A DNA stretch of 64,000 bases from an uncultured Arcobacter sp. (GCA_965140705.1 OZ223300.1:1824001-1888000); one strand, 5' to 3'; positions 22,157 through 33,139 are shown, numbered from the stretch's first letter. Made by a program: numbers and translations. The notes: generated by a model from the sequence alone, not told the origin.

Positions 22157-23544
22157 TAAAACCACTCCGAAACTTTATTCCAAAATCTAGCCATACCTTT
22201 ACCCTTGTTTGTTTTAGATATCTTAGGTAATTGAGTAGGATCTTCGGTTTTAAGTTTTATATCTACATTTGACTTGTTTTCAGCCTGTCTAACATCTCTT
22301 TGTATCTCTCTTGCTTCCTCTTTTGGAATAGCTTTTTTCTCTATTATTTTTCTTCTAAGTTTTTTATTTGAATCTAATTCAAAATTTCTATTCTTGTCTA
22401 AAGAATAAAAAAGAAGTCCCACAATTGTAGCCATAGCAGAATCATCAAAATTCATATAACCATTTTTTATATTTTTAGGATTTGCTACTTTTACAGGTTG
22501 ATTCTCAAAAACTAAATTTGCTAATTCTCTTATACCTTTTAATTTACTCATACCACCAGTTATCACTATTCCAGCATCTAAATTATCAGCTATTCCACTT
22601 CTACTTAATTTTTGTTTTACAAGAATTAAAGTCTCTTCAACCCTTGCATGAATTATATTTCTAATATCAACTAAAGAGATTTCTTCTGTTACTTGTTCAT
22701 CACCAATTCTTGGAATTTTAATTTTCTTAATAGATAATTGATTATCTTCACTATTATTTGAAATCAGACTTCCATATTTTATTTTTATTAATTCTGCTGC
22801 ATTGTGTGGAGTGTGAAGCATCACAGATAAATCATTTGTAATATGATTTGAACCAACTGGTATAAAATCAGTATATAAAATAGAACTACCTTTATAACAA
22901 ACAAATTCAGTAGTTGTACTCCCCATATTTATTACTAAACTTCCAAATTTATTTTGTTGTTCATCCAAAACTGAGATTGCTGTTGCATATCCATTCAAAA
23001 CAAAATTAGTAATCTCTATATTTGACTCTTTAAAAGCTGATTTTAGATTTGTAAGGGCAGTTCTTTTTGCAGTTACAATATAAACTGATACTTCAAGTCT
23101 TGCTCCATTCATATTTAAAGGATTATCAACATCAGCGGAATCATCTACTTTAAAAAATATTGGAACAACATGTACAACTTCATATTCAGGCACAATAGTT
23201 GCATTGTATAAAGCCATTTGCATAACTTGATTTATTTCATGTTCAGTGATTATTCCATTTGGAACATTTACACTTCCCATACTTCTTATACCCTTAGTAT
23301 AAGAACCTGATATTGCAACTACTGTTGACTCAATAGGTTCAGAAGTACTTCTTCTTGCTTTTAGTACAGCATTTTGTATAGACTTTGAGGCCAATTCAAT
23401 ATTTGTTATAAGACCCTTGTTTATTCCATCACTCGCTTCAATTCCTGTACCTAAGATATTAATTTTATAGTCTAAATCGTTTTTAGCAATAATTGCTGTA
23501 ACATCAGTAGATCCAATATCTATTGCGAGAAGAGTGTTACTCAA
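22156..23544 (-). CDS. ftsA: Cell division protein FtsA
   Basis: LAIDIGST, VGSNHITNDLS, IIHARVEE and VITGGMSKL motifs; upstream of ftsZ. Confidence 0.96.
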   Translation of the reverse strand: MSNTLLAIDIGSTDVTAIIAKNDLDYKINILGTGIEASDGINKGLITNIELASKSIQNAVLKARRSTSEPIESTVVAISGSYTKGIRSMGSVNVPNGIITEHEINQVMQMALYNATIVPEYEVVHVVPIFFKVDDSADVDNPLNMNGARLEVSVYIVTAKRTALTNLKSAFKESNIEITNFVLNGYATAISVLDEQQNKFGSLVINMGSTTTEFVCYKGSSILYTDFIPVGSNHITNDLSVMLHTPHNAAELIKIKYGSLISNNSEDNQLSIKKIKIPRIGDEQVTEEISLVDIRNIIHARVEETLILVKQKLSRSGIADNLDAGIVITGGMSKLKGIRELANLVFENQPVKVANPKNIKNGYMNFDDSAMATIVGLLFYSLDKNRNFELDSNKKLRRKIIEKKAIPKEEAREIQRDVRQAENKSNVDIKLKTEDPTQLPKISKTNKGKGMARFWNKVSEWF

Positions 23545-23547
23545 TTT

Positions 23548-25014
23548 TTACTCCTTTGAATCTGAAGAAGAGATAACTTCATATTTACTTTTAAGATTAT
23601 TTATCAAATTATTCATTAACTCTGTTCTTTCTAATTTTACTAAAATATCATTTACAGATGATTCTTCTTCTTTTGTTATATTATCAGCTAGTTTACTTGA
23701 ATTAACTTTGTAAACTATTACTTTTCCATTTATATCAATACTTCCTTCTTTTTCTTTAGCAATGAAAAGTTTGCTTAAAAATGAATAGGCTTCATTTGCA
23801 TTTAAACCTTTGATTTTATCAATAGATTTTCTACTAACAAAACCTAAATCTTCTCCTGTGAAGTTTTTAAGTTCATTTGCTACTAGAACTTTCATTCTTT
23901 CACTTCTTTTAATATCAATATAATCAGCTTTTACCATATCTTTTGATAATTCATAAGAAAGAGGTTTAGGGTCATTTTTCTTAAGCACTTTTACAATTGT
24001 AAAACCATCTTTATCTTCAAAAGGTTTTAATACTACACCTGGTTTTGAGGTTTTGATTTCATTTATATTTTCAGCAGAAAAAGGTAATTTATCTTCATAA
24101 ATTGTTTTAGTTTCATCAAATTTAGTTTCACCTTTTTTAAGAGCTAAATATTTTCTTAAAGCATCTTTTTTTGATTCTTTTAAACTAATTACTTTTATCA
24201 TATCATCTTTTGCTTCATCAAAAGTTTTTAATTTACCATCTTCTTTTTTATAATCAGTTTTAAATTTAGCATAATGTTCTTTTAATTCATCTTCACTTGG
24301 AGTGATAATTTTTAATGATAATTTAGAGATTTCCAAATCATAAGAATCTGTTGATAAATATTTTATTTTATTTGTTGACCAATACTCTTTTAACTTTTCA
24401 TCTGTAACATCAACTTTTATTGATTTTGGATCAAATAATTTAATAGAGACATCATCTTGTGAAAATAATAGTTTTGCTAAATTGTTTACTTCATTGGCTT
24501 GTGGAGTAAAGTTTAATAAAGATTCAACTTTTTGTAAAAGTAAATCTCTTTTTAAAGATTTTTCATAAGCAACAGGTGTTGTACCATTTTGAGATAAAAC
24601 TTTTACATAAAGTTCTTTATCAAATTTTCCATCTTTTATAAATGCAGGCATTTGAAATAACTCTTTTGCAATATCTTTATCAGTTACAAGTAGACCTAAA
24701 TCATCAGCATAAGATAAAATAAGATTTTTTTGAATAGTTAAACTTAAAGCAGCATCAGGAAGACCAATTCTTTTTGCCATCTCTTGATTAAATTTATTTC
24801 CATAAACTTGTGAATATTGTCTATATAAAGAAGAATATTCTCTTTGGTACTCATCAACACTTATCTTTCTATCACCTACAACTGCAACTGAACCTGAAGA
24901 TTTCCCATATTGATAATTTCCCCAACCAACGAAACCAGCGCCTACAAACGCTATTGTACTTATCCAAATTGTAATTACTAACCACTTTTTATGTCTTTGC
25001 ATCCAAGTTAACAT
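23548..25014 (-). CDS. PpiD/SurA-like periplasmic chaperone
   Basis: MLTWMQRHKKWLVITIWISTIAFVGAGFVGWG, a SurA-N type start; upstream of ftsA as in other Campylobacterota. Confidence 0.85.
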   Translation of the reverse strand: MLTWMQRHKKWLVITIWISTIAFVGAGFVGWGNYQYGKSSGSVAVVGDRKISVDEYQREYSSLYRQYSQVYGNKFNQEMAKRIGLPDAALSLTIQKNLILSYADDLGLLVTDKDIAKELFQMPAFIKDGKFDKELYVKVLSQNGTTPVAYEKSLKRDLLLQKVESLLNFTPQANEVNNLAKLLFSQDDVSIKLFDPKSIKVDVTDEKLKEYWSTNKIKYLSTDSYDLEISKLSLKIITPSEDELKEHYAKFKTDYKKEDGKLKTFDEAKDDMIKVISLKESKKDALRKYLALKKGETKFDETKTIYEDKLPFSAENINEIKTSKPGVVLKPFEDKDGFTIVKVLKKNDPKPLSYELSKDMVKADYIDIKRSERMKVLVANELKNFTGEDLGFVSRKSIDKIKGLNANEAYSFLSKLFIAKEKEGSIDINGKVIVYKVNSSKLADNITKEEESSVNDILVKLERTELMNNLINNLKSKYEVISSSDSKE

Positions 25015-25082
25015 TCTATTAAAATCCTCGATAAAATTTTAGATATATTACTCAAATGTAGCTTTTGAAAATGTTAAACTAC

Positions 25083-27365
25083 TTAGCTTAATAGGTCATT
25101 TATTACAGATTCTCTTTTTGTAGTCTCTATTCTTTTACAAGCACCTTTAAAAGCATCTTCTTCTCCTACAATATAACACATGCTTTTTGCTCTTGTAATT
25201 GCTGTATATAATAACTTAGTATTGTGCATAATATAATGTGAAAAACTCATAGGAATAAGGGCATTGTCATACTCCATACCTTGGGTTTTATGTATGGTTA
25301 AACAATACGCTAGTGATAAGAGGGAATCTAAATCATCAAAATCATAAAAAACTACCATATCATCATTTGGATATAAGACTATGCATTTACTCTCTTCAAA
25401 ATCAAGCTTGATAATAAGCCCTAATTGTCCATTAAAAACTCTTCTTTCTAAATACTCTGTTGATCCTGTTCTATACATTTGCATAGTTTGTGCTTTCATA
25501 TTCTCATTTTTAATATGAATTACTTTATCACTTAGTTTATATTCATAAAGTTTTGTTTGCTTAGATTCTTCCCTTGAACTATTAAATATTTTTTGCAACT
25601 GATTATTTAAGTTCTCGACACCAAGCATGCCCCCTTTCATGGGCGTAATTATTTGAAAAAGTATGAGAGCTTTTGATATATTTTTATCCTTTATTAAAGT
25701 ATAAAAATCTTTTATATATGCACTTGATATATTTAATATCATACTTAATATCTGCTCAGAGTTTTGTCCCCTTAGATTTGAGAATTCATTTTGTCCTAGA
25801 GAGTTTTTTGAAGCATAATAATTTGATATGGAAACATCTAAAAATTTAAAATCTTCATAATCACCATTATAATCAGGTACATTACCTTGTCTAATTTCAT
25901 TTGCAATTACAGCTATTGCTTGATTTTCATTTTGTCTATATATTTTTGTAAGTTTACAAATTGGTGCTAATTCATACTTTATAGAGTCACTTAATATATT
26001 CCCAGCCCCAATAGCTGGTAACTGCCCATCATCTCCTACTATTATAAAAATAGTATCTGGACCAATTTTTGAAATTATTTGATAAAACATAACAGAATTT
26101 ACCATTGAAGCTTCATCAAGCAAAATCACTTTATATGGAAAGTATTCATTCTCTTTATGCTTTACAAAAAGTGATTGTATAGTAGAGCTATTATAACCTG
26201 TAGTATCAGCTATTCTTTGTGAAGCAATACCACTTAAAGCAATAGCAATAATATCATCATAAGAGTTTATCTCTTGGAGAAGTTCAAGAATTGCCCTACT
26301 TGATGTGGATTTTCCTGTTCCTGCATAACCTATTAAAAAGAGTGTTTTATGTCCTTCATTTATAAGTTCTACTGCTTTTCGCTGTTCAGTACTTAAAGTA
26401 AAACCTAAAGTTTTCTCTTTTTTATCTAAGTACTCATTTATATTTGAAACTATTTTTTTCAAATACATGTCATTTTCTCTAGCTCTAAAAAACTCTAAAA
26501 CTCTCTTTTCTGCAAAATATAACATTGAAGGAGCATATCTATTCTCTTTTGTTTTATAAATATCTTCTTCTAATTCCATTTTTGCTATTGCATTTTCATA
26601 CAATACTTCTTCATCTTGAAATCTCAAAGCTTCATCTAATAATCTAAAAAGATGGTACTTATCTATCGAAGAGTTCCCATTATTATCACAATACTCCCTT
26701 AAAGTATAATTTAGACAAGCCATAATTCTAAAATCTGACTTTTCATCTATTCCTAAAGCTTTTGCTATTTCATCAGCTCTTTTAAATCCTATACCTTTTA
26801 TACGAATAAGTACATAAGGATTTTCTTTTATTACCTCAATCAAATTCTCAACTTCACTAAATTCTGAATAAATCTTTGTAATAAGATTTGAAGTAACTCC
26901 AAATTTTGATAAAAAAGAACCAAGCTCTCTTAAGTGCTTAAACTTTTGCCATGATGATTTTATGGTTGTTAGTTTTTTCTCTCTTATACCTTTGAAGTTT
27001 AAAAGTTCTTCTGGCTTGTTATTTAAAACTTCGACCAACTCTTCTTCTGAGTACTTTTCCAAGAGTTCTAAGGCTACTTTTCGCCCTATTCCTTTAACTA
27101 TTTTTGTCAAAAAGAAATATAATTCTTGTTCTTTTAACTCTAAAGTGTCAAAAGCAAATTGTATTCCATATTTTTTATGGGTTACCCAATTACCTGTCAA
27201 AACTATATTTTCACCAACAATTTTTTCTATATCAGTATCAAAATATGTTCCACATATTTTTTGGTCATTATCCAATACTGCTATACAAAAACCTGTATCT
27301 TTATTTGAAAATAGTACTTTTTTTAATATTCCTGAAAGTTTAAAACTTTTATTTTCATCCTGCAT
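25083..27365 (-). CDS. RecD2-like SF1B helicase
   Basis: N-terminal OB/HhH region (KYGIQF, KGIGFKRAD), GYAGTGKS, DEASMV, GDDGQLPAIGAG and LAYCLTIHKTQGMEY. Confidence 0.93.
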   Translation of the reverse strand: MQDENKSFKLSGILKKVLFSNKDTGFCIAVLDNDQKICGTYFDTDIEKIVGENIVLTGNWVTHKKYGIQFAFDTLELKEQELYFFLTKIVKGIGRKVALELLEKYSEEELVEVLNNKPEELLNFKGIREKKLTTIKSSWQKFKHLRELGSFLSKFGVTSNLITKIYSEFSEVENLIEVIKENPYVLIRIKGIGFKRADEIAKALGIDEKSDFRIMACLNYTLREYCDNNGNSSIDKYHLFRLLDEALRFQDEEVLYENAIAKMELEEDIYKTKENRYAPSMLYFAEKRVLEFFRARENDMYLKKIVSNINEYLDKKEKTLGFTLSTEQRKAVELINEGHKTLFLIGYAGTGKSTSSRAILELLQEINSYDDIIAIALSGIASQRIADTTGYNSSTIQSLFVKHKENEYFPYKVILLDEASMVNSVMFYQIISKIGPDTIFIIVGDDGQLPAIGAGNILSDSIKYELAPICKLTKIYRQNENQAIAVIANEIRQGNVPDYNGDYEDFKFLDVSISNYYASKNSLGQNEFSNLRGQNSEQILSMILNISSAYIKDFYTLIKDKNISKALILFQIITPMKGGMLGVENLNNQLQKIFNSSREESKQTKLYEYKLSDKVIHIKNENMKAQTMQMYRTGSTEYLERRVFNGQLGLIIKLDFEESKCIVLYPNDDMVVFYDFDDLDSLLSLAYCLTIHKTQGMEYDNALIPMSFSHYIMHNTKLLYTAITRAKSMCYIVGEEDAFKGACKRIETTKRESVINDLLS

Positions 27366-27721
27366 TAATATCCATCATCAAATTTTTTATGTTTATGTTT
27401 ATCTTTTTTATAAGTATTTTGATTTTTTTCTTTTTGAAGTAAATTTGCCTCTTTTAAAAGTCTATTTCTCTCTTCTTCAAAATCTTCACTATGATTTTCC
27501 AAATATAAAAGTGTCAAATCTATAAACTTTTTTAAACTAAGTAAATAAGCAGAAGTTAATTCCACTTTTTTTACCCTTTTTGTATCTTCAAAGTTTTTTA
27601 ATGTTCTTTGTTTAAAAATCTCAAAATCGAAATCTTCTAGTTTGAGTAGTGAGACAGTTCTAGTAAAAAATTTTTCTAAAACCCTTATATATCTTATTCT
27701 TAATTGTTTGTCATGTATCAT
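27365..27721 (-). CDS. Hypothetical protein
   Basis: Intact ORF translationally coupled on both sides (TAATG overlaps). Confidence 0.75.
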   Translation of the reverse strand: MIHDKQLRIRYIRVLEKFFTRTVSLLKLEDFDFEIFKQRTLKNFEDTKRVKKVELTSAYLLSLKKFIDLTLLYLENHSEDFEEERNRLLKEANLLQKEKNQNTYKKDKHKHKKFDDGY

Positions 27722-28068
27722 TAAAGCAATTCATCTATTTTTTCTAAAGGTCGTCCAATAACAGCTCTCCCATCTTTTATTATAATGGGTCTTTCAATTA
27801 GTTTAGGATTATCTACCATTGCTTTAATTAACTTTTCTTCATCACTTTCATCTTTTAAATTCATTTGTTTATAAATATCTTCTTTTGTTCTCATTAGTTC
27901 TCTAGCACTCATATTTAACATTTGAAGGACTTCTTTTATATCTTCTTTTGTTAGTTTTGCATCTAGATATTTTATAACACCTAAAGCCATTTTTTTCTCT
28001 TGTAAAAGATTTAAGGCATCTCTTGATTTTGAGCATCTAGGATTGTGCCAAATAGTTATTTCTTCCAT
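27721..28068 (-). CDS. arsC: ArsC-family arsenate reductase (glutaredoxin type)
   Basis: WHNPRCSKSR, PKLIERPI and IGRP motifs. Confidence 0.88.
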   Translation of the reverse strand: MEEITIWHNPRCSKSRDALNLLQEKKMALGVIKYLDAKLTKEDIKEVLQMLNMSARELMRTKEDIYKQMNLKDESDEEKLIKAMVDNPKLIERPIIIKDGRAVIGRPLEKIDELL

Positions 28069-28146
28069 GGTATCCCTCCTGTTATTATTTTTACTTTATT
28101 ATACCAAAAAAGATTTATGATTTAATTTTATGATATACTTTGTATT

Positions 28147-30573
28147 ATGTTAGTCTCTACAAATACACAACTTAATATATTAGTAGCAAATAGTACAAAC
28201 AAAGTCTTAAAAGAGGTTTTGAAAGAAGCTGATGTTAAAACTTTAGTATCAAGTCAAAATAAAGACTTAAATATTTCTACCCTACTAAAAAGTCTATTTA
28301 GTAATATTCAAAATAATTCAAAATCAAATGAGACTATATTAAACTTATTAAAAAATTCAAATTTAAATAAAGACTTAGGCTCATTTACTTCAAATTTGCA
28401 ATCACTTGTAAAATCTTTACCTAATGATAAAAGTACTGAACAGTTAAAAACATTTTTGCAAAAATTTTCAATCACACCTGAACAAACCACATCAAAAGAG
28501 GTAAAAGAACAAATACAAAAAAGTGGTATATTTTTAGAATCTAAACTTTTAAATCAAGCAACTAATCCAAACAGTAAAAATGAAAATAGCCTATTAAATG
28601 ATATGAAAGCAGTTCTACTTAAAACAAAAGCCCAATTAGAAGCACAAATTAGCAATCAAGCTAAATCACAAGTACCAACTCAAAGTAAAGTAGAAGTAAC
28701 ACCACCTCAAAATAGTAGTCAAGCTATTACTCAAAATGTAAGTAAAGAAAATATCAATATTCCTGAAATATTAAAACAAATAGATAAACTTTTAACACAA
28801 ATCAAAAATCTTGAAACTTCAAATGTAAAAGAACAAATTACAAAGCCTAATATAAACAATGAAGCAAAATCTAATATAACTAATGAATCAAAACCTACAC
28901 AACAAGTAAATCAACAAGCAAATACTCAAACTATTAAAAGTGATTCTCCTTTATTAAATGACATCAAAAATATCTTAACTAAAGTTCAAGCCCAACTTCA
29001 ATCTCAAATCTCTAATCAAAGCAAAGTAGAAGTAACACCACCTCAAAATAGTAGTCAAGCTATTACTCAAAATGTAAGTAAAGAAAATATCAATATTCCT
29101 GAAATATTAAAACAAATAGACAAACTTTTAACACAAATCAAAAATCTTGAAACTTCAAATATAAAAGAACAAATTACAAAGCCTAATATAAACAATGAAC
29201 CAAAAGCCACACAACAAGTAAATCAACAAGTAAGTACTCAAACTATTAAAAGTGACTCTCCTTTATTAAATGACATCAAAAATATCTTAACTAAAGTGCA
29301 AGCCCAACTTCAAGCTCAAGTTTCTAATCAAGCTAAAGCACAAGTACCAACTCAAAGCAAAGTAGAAGTAACACCACCTCAAAATAGTAGTCAAGCTATT
29401 ACTCAAAATGTAAGTAAAGAAAATATCAATATTCCTGAAACACTAAAACAAATAGATAAACTTTTAACACAAATTAAAAATCTTGAAACTTCAAATGTAA
29501 AAGAACAAATTACAAAGCCTAATATAAACAATGAAGCAAAATCTAATATAACTAATGAATCAAAACCTACACAACAAGTAAATCAACAAGTTACTACTCA
29601 AACTATTAAAAGTGACTCTCCTTTATTAAATGACATCAAAAATATCTTAACTAAAGTGCAAGCCCAACTTCAAGCTCAAGTTAGCAATCAAGACAAAGCA
29701 GAAGGTACAGTTCATACTTCTTCAAAACAATTGGACTCTTCCCAAGTAAAAGAGCAACAAATAAAAAGCACTGTTCAAAGTACTTCCCAACTTCTTCAAA
29801 TGAAAATGCAAATAAAAGAAGAAGCCAAGTCCCAAGCTCAAATTTTAAACAAAGAGAATATCAATGTAAAAGATACTTTAAAACAAATTGATAAAATATT
29901 AACTGATATAAAAAAAATCGATCTACAAAATCCAAAAGATGCAGCTGTCAAACTTAGTACAAATTTAGATGCTAAAACAGCTACTCAAACCAATACTTTT
30001 GCTATAAAAACTGATTCACCTATATTCAATGATATAAAAACAGTTTTATCAAAAGTACAAGCACAACTTCAAAATCAAATTCAAAACCAAGCAAAAGATA
30101 TTGATGAAATAAAACACCATATTACTAAAGACATCGATCATAAAGAGACCTTAAAACATGTTGATAAACTTTTGACACAAATTGATTATCATCAACTTTA
30201 TTCAATAGCAAACTCTTCAAATAATGTTTATATTCCTTTTTTGTGGGATTTATTAGAAGATGGTTCTATTGATATAAAAAAAGTTGATGAAAAGAAATTT
30301 TATTGTTTGATTGATTTAACATTAAAAGATTTAGGAAAAATAAATTTGCACCTTTATTTATATGAAGATGACAAGTTAGATATTTCAGTTTTTGTAGAAA
30401 AAGATGATACTAAACAACTAATAAGACAAAAAGCAACAATGTTAAGACAAGAGTTAAATGGTACAGGAATAAGTGTAATTGGATTGAATATACATACATT
30501 AAAAGAAGATACAAAACAAAATTTTTACAAACAAGATGATAATTTTGATTTTGGTGTAAATATCAAGGTTTAA
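28147..30573 (+). CDS. FliK-like (hook-length control C-terminal domain) protein with an internal repeat expansion
   Basis: SGIFLESKL; C-terminal YIPFLWDLLE...FYCLIDLTLKDLGKI; followed by an FlhB-C-like gene. Confidence 0.75.
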   Translation: MLVSTNTQLNILVANSTNKVLKEVLKEADVKTLVSSQNKDLNISTLLKSLFSNIQNNSKSNETILNLLKNSNLNKDLGSFTSNLQSLVKSLPNDKSTEQLKTFLQKFSITPEQTTSKEVKEQIQKSGIFLESKLLNQATNPNSKNENSLLNDMKAVLLKTKAQLEAQISNQAKSQVPTQSKVEVTPPQNSSQAITQNVSKENINIPEILKQIDKLLTQIKNLETSNVKEQITKPNINNEAKSNITNESKPTQQVNQQANTQTIKSDSPLLNDIKNILTKVQAQLQSQISNQSKVEVTPPQNSSQAITQNVSKENINIPEILKQIDKLLTQIKNLETSNIKEQITKPNINNEPKATQQVNQQVSTQTIKSDSPLLNDIKNILTKVQAQLQAQVSNQAKAQVPTQSKVEVTPPQNSSQAITQNVSKENINIPETLKQIDKLLTQIKNLETSNVKEQITKPNINNEAKSNITNESKPTQQVNQQVTTQTIKSDSPLLNDIKNILTKVQAQLQAQVSNQDKAEGTVHTSSKQLDSSQVKEQQIKSTVQSTSQLLQMKMQIKEEAKSQAQILNKENINVKDTLKQIDKILTDIKKIDLQNPKDAAVKLSTNLDAKTATQTNTFAIKTDSPIFNDIKTVLSKVQAQLQNQIQNQAKDIDEIKHHITKDIDHKETLKHVDKLLTQIDYHQLYSIANSSNNVYIPFLWDLLEDGSIDIKKVDEKKFYCLIDLTLKDLGKINLHLYLYEDDKLDISVFVEKDDTKQLIRQKATMLRQELNGTGISVIGLNIHTLKEDTKQNFYKQDDNFDFGVNIKV
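28681..29688 (+). repeat. Three tandem 336-nt (112-aa) near-identical coding repeats
   Basis: Units begin caaag(t/c)aaagtagaagtaacaccacct at 28681, 29017 and 29353. Confidence 0.95.
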
Positions 30574-30574
30574 G

Positions 30575-30850
30575 ATGGATGAAGAAAAAAAAATATTAAA
30601 AGTTGCAGCTTTAAAATATAATATGCAAGATGATACTGCACCCAAAGTTGTAGCAAAAGGAAGTGGTGAACTTGCATCTAATATTATAAAAATAGCAAAA
30701 GAAAATAATATCCCCATAAAAAAAGATGAAGACTTAGTTGAACTTTTAACAAAATTAGATGTAAATCAACAAATTCCAAATAACTTATATAAAGCAGTTG
30801 CAGAAATTTTTGCTTTTATTTATGACTTATCAAAGCAAAATAAAAACTGA
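30575..30850 (+). CDS. Stand-alone FlhB C-terminal domain protein (FlhX-like)
   Basis: AALKY...APKVVAKGSGELA..II.IAKENNIPI...IP..LYKAVAEI motifs. Confidence 0.92.
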   Translation: MDEEKKILKVAALKYNMQDDTAPKVVAKGSGELASNIIKIAKENNIPIKKDEDLVELLTKLDVNQQIPNNLYKAVAEIFAFIYDLSKQNKN

Positions 30851-30915
30851 TGATATCCTAGTATAAGACTATTTATAATATAATCAGCAAAAAATATACT
30901 AAGACTGCTAATTAA

Positions 30916-31356
30916 ATGAAAAATATACTTTTACACAATCCTTACTTTATATTCTTTTTAGGAATCATTACAGTATTTGTAAATATTATTTCTTCTGTAC
31001 ATTTTTTCCCTATTCTAATGGCAGGTGTAGTTTTCTTAGCTTTTCTAAAATCCATTAAATATCAATATTATTACTCTTTAACATATTTGATAATAGTATT
31101 TTTATTTATAGAATATAATAATGGATTTTTACCTTTTTCTTTTACCTTTCTATCTTTATTTATATATACTTTTATCTTACCAAGTTTAAATAGAGTTATC
31201 TCACTACATAATCTAAACAATTATATTTATATCTTAACTTTTTACTTAGGTGTTTTATTAGTTTGGGTATTTACTAATGATTTAAATTTTAACTTAGTTA
31301 GGTATGTTATATTAAATATTGTAATTGACTTTTTAATTTACGGACTATTTCTATGA
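30916..31356 (+). CDS. Integral membrane protein, MreD-like
   Basis: About five hydrophobic segments; overlaps the mrdA start (ATGA). Confidence 0.55.
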   Translation: MKNILLHNPYFIFFLGIITVFVNIISSVHFFPILMAGVVFLAFLKSIKYQYYYSLTYLIIVFLFIEYNNGFLPFSFTFLSLFIYTFILPSLNRVISLHNLNNYIYILTFYLGVLLVWVFTNDLNFNLVRYVILNIVIDFLIYGLFL

Positions 31357-33137
31357 AAAAACGGCTTAATTTAATTCTTATCTTTATAGGTATTGTATGC
31401 TTACTTTTAGTGTATAGATTATATTATTTGAGTATAAAATCAAATACATATTATGAACAATTATCAAAACAAAACTACATAAAAAAAGTTTATCAAGCTC
31501 CTTCAAGAGGACTTATAAAAGATAGAAATGGAGTCGCCCTAGCAATCAATGAACTAGGTTTTTCAATAAGTATTAAACCTCACTTGCGTTCATATAAAAA
31601 TAAACATATTTTAGAAGAATTAGTTAATACTATTGTTACATATTTTCCAGATTTTGAAAAAGATAAATTAATTAAAAAGTATAATAAACTAGATTCACCA
31701 TATAAACATGATTTTGTAAAAATTATTGATTATATAGCTTATGACAAATTTTTTGATAAATATACTGTTTTTAATTCATTAGATAATTTAAAAGTGGAAT
31801 CAGCAGTAAAAAGAAATTACCCTTTTAAAAAAGTTGCAGCACATATTATTGGGTATGTAGGAAAAGCTTCTAGAAAAGATATTGATGCTAATCCTATTTC
31901 TAGGTATAGTGGAATAATTGGCAAAAATGGTTTAGAAAAATATTATAACAATATTTTACAAGGGAAACTTGGATATAAAAAAGTAAAAGTAAATGCCCTA
32001 AATAAAGAACTTGAAGTATTAGAAGAAAAAGACGTAACAATTGATAATAATATTACTACAACTATTGATATAAGACTAGAAAAGTATATTCATGATATTT
32101 TTGATCAAAAAGCTGGTGCAGTAATTGTAATGAATGTAAATAATGGTGAAATATTAGCAGCTGCTTCTTTTCCAGAATTTGATAATAATGTTTTTGTAAA
32201 TGGAATTTCATATAAAGAGTGGGATGATTTACAAAATGATATTAATAAACCATTTACGAATAAAATTACTAATGGTATGTATCCTCCAGGAAGTGTATGG
32301 AAAATGGGTGTAGCTTTAGGATTACTAGAGAATGGAATAAGTAAAAATTTTAAAGTAAATTGTACAGGAACATATGAATTTGCAAATAGAAAATTTAGAT
32401 GTTGGAAAAAAGATGGACATGGAATAGTTGATTTTGTTAAAGCTATTAGAGAAAGTTGCGACGATTTTTTCTATAAGGCTAGCCAAAAAGTAGGTATAAA
32501 TAAAATTAGTGAAACAATGGCAAAACTTGGATTTGGAGAGAAAACAGGTGTTGATCAAATGTATGAATTTATTGGTATAAATCCAAATGAGGCTTGGAAA
32601 AGAAAAAAATATAATAGAGCTTGGTTCACAGGTGAAACACTTATTTCATCTATTGGACAAGGTTCTGTGCTTGTAACTCCTATGCAAATTGCAAGATATA
32701 CCTCTTTCTTAGCAACTGATAAATTAGCAACTCCCCACTTTTATAAAGATGCTTACGTAGAGCCTAAAAAAGTTGATATTGATCCAGAAAACTTAAAACT
32801 TGTACAAAAAGGTATGTATGAAGTTGCAAATGATAAAAGAGGAACTGCTTACTGGCATTTAAGAGGTATAAATCCTAAAATAAAGGTTGCTGCAAAGACT
32901 GGAACAGCTCAAGTTATTGGAATAGATCAAGATGTAAAAAAAAGAGTTCATGAAAATGATTTAGAATATTTAAAAAGATCACACGCTTGGTTAACTACTT
33001 ATGGTCCTTTTAGCAATCCTCAGTATGCAGTAACAATATTAGTAGAACATGGGGGACATGGGGGAAGTGCAGCAGGAGAGATTACTACTAAGATTTATAA
33101 TAAATTAATAGAATTAGGCTACATAAAAGTAAACTAA
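31353..33137 (+). CDS. mrdA: Penicillin-binding protein 2
   Basis: YPPGSVWK (SxxK), ESCD (SxD variant) and KTGTAQ motifs. Confidence 0.95.
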   Translation: MKKRLNLILIFIGIVCLLLVYRLYYLSIKSNTYYEQLSKQNYIKKVYQAPSRGLIKDRNGVALAINELGFSISIKPHLRSYKNKHILEELVNTIVTYFPDFEKDKLIKKYNKLDSPYKHDFVKIIDYIAYDKFFDKYTVFNSLDNLKVESAVKRNYPFKKVAAHIIGYVGKASRKDIDANPISRYSGIIGKNGLEKYYNNILQGKLGYKKVKVNALNKELEVLEEKDVTIDNNITTTIDIRLEKYIHDIFDQKAGAVIVMNVNNGEILAAASFPEFDNNVFVNGISYKEWDDLQNDINKPFTNKITNGMYPPGSVWKMGVALGLLENGISKNFKVNCTGTYEFANRKFRCWKKDGHGIVDFVKAIRESCDDFFYKASQKVGINKISETMAKLGFGEKTGVDQMYEFIGINPNEAWKRKKYNRAWFTGETLISSIGQGSVLVTPMQIARYTSFLATDKLATPHFYKDAYVEPKKVDIDPENLKLVQKGMYEVANDKRGTAYWHLRGINPKIKVAAKTGTAQVIGIDQDVKKRVHENDLEYLKRSHAWLTTYGPFSNPQYAVTILVEHGGHGGSAAGEITTKIYNKLIELGYIKVN

Positions 33138-33139
33138 TT

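Noticed and set aside
28681..29688. Long repeats considered as a CRISPR array or mobile element
   Set aside because: They are in-frame 336-nt coding repeats without unique spacers, cas genes or terminal repeats.
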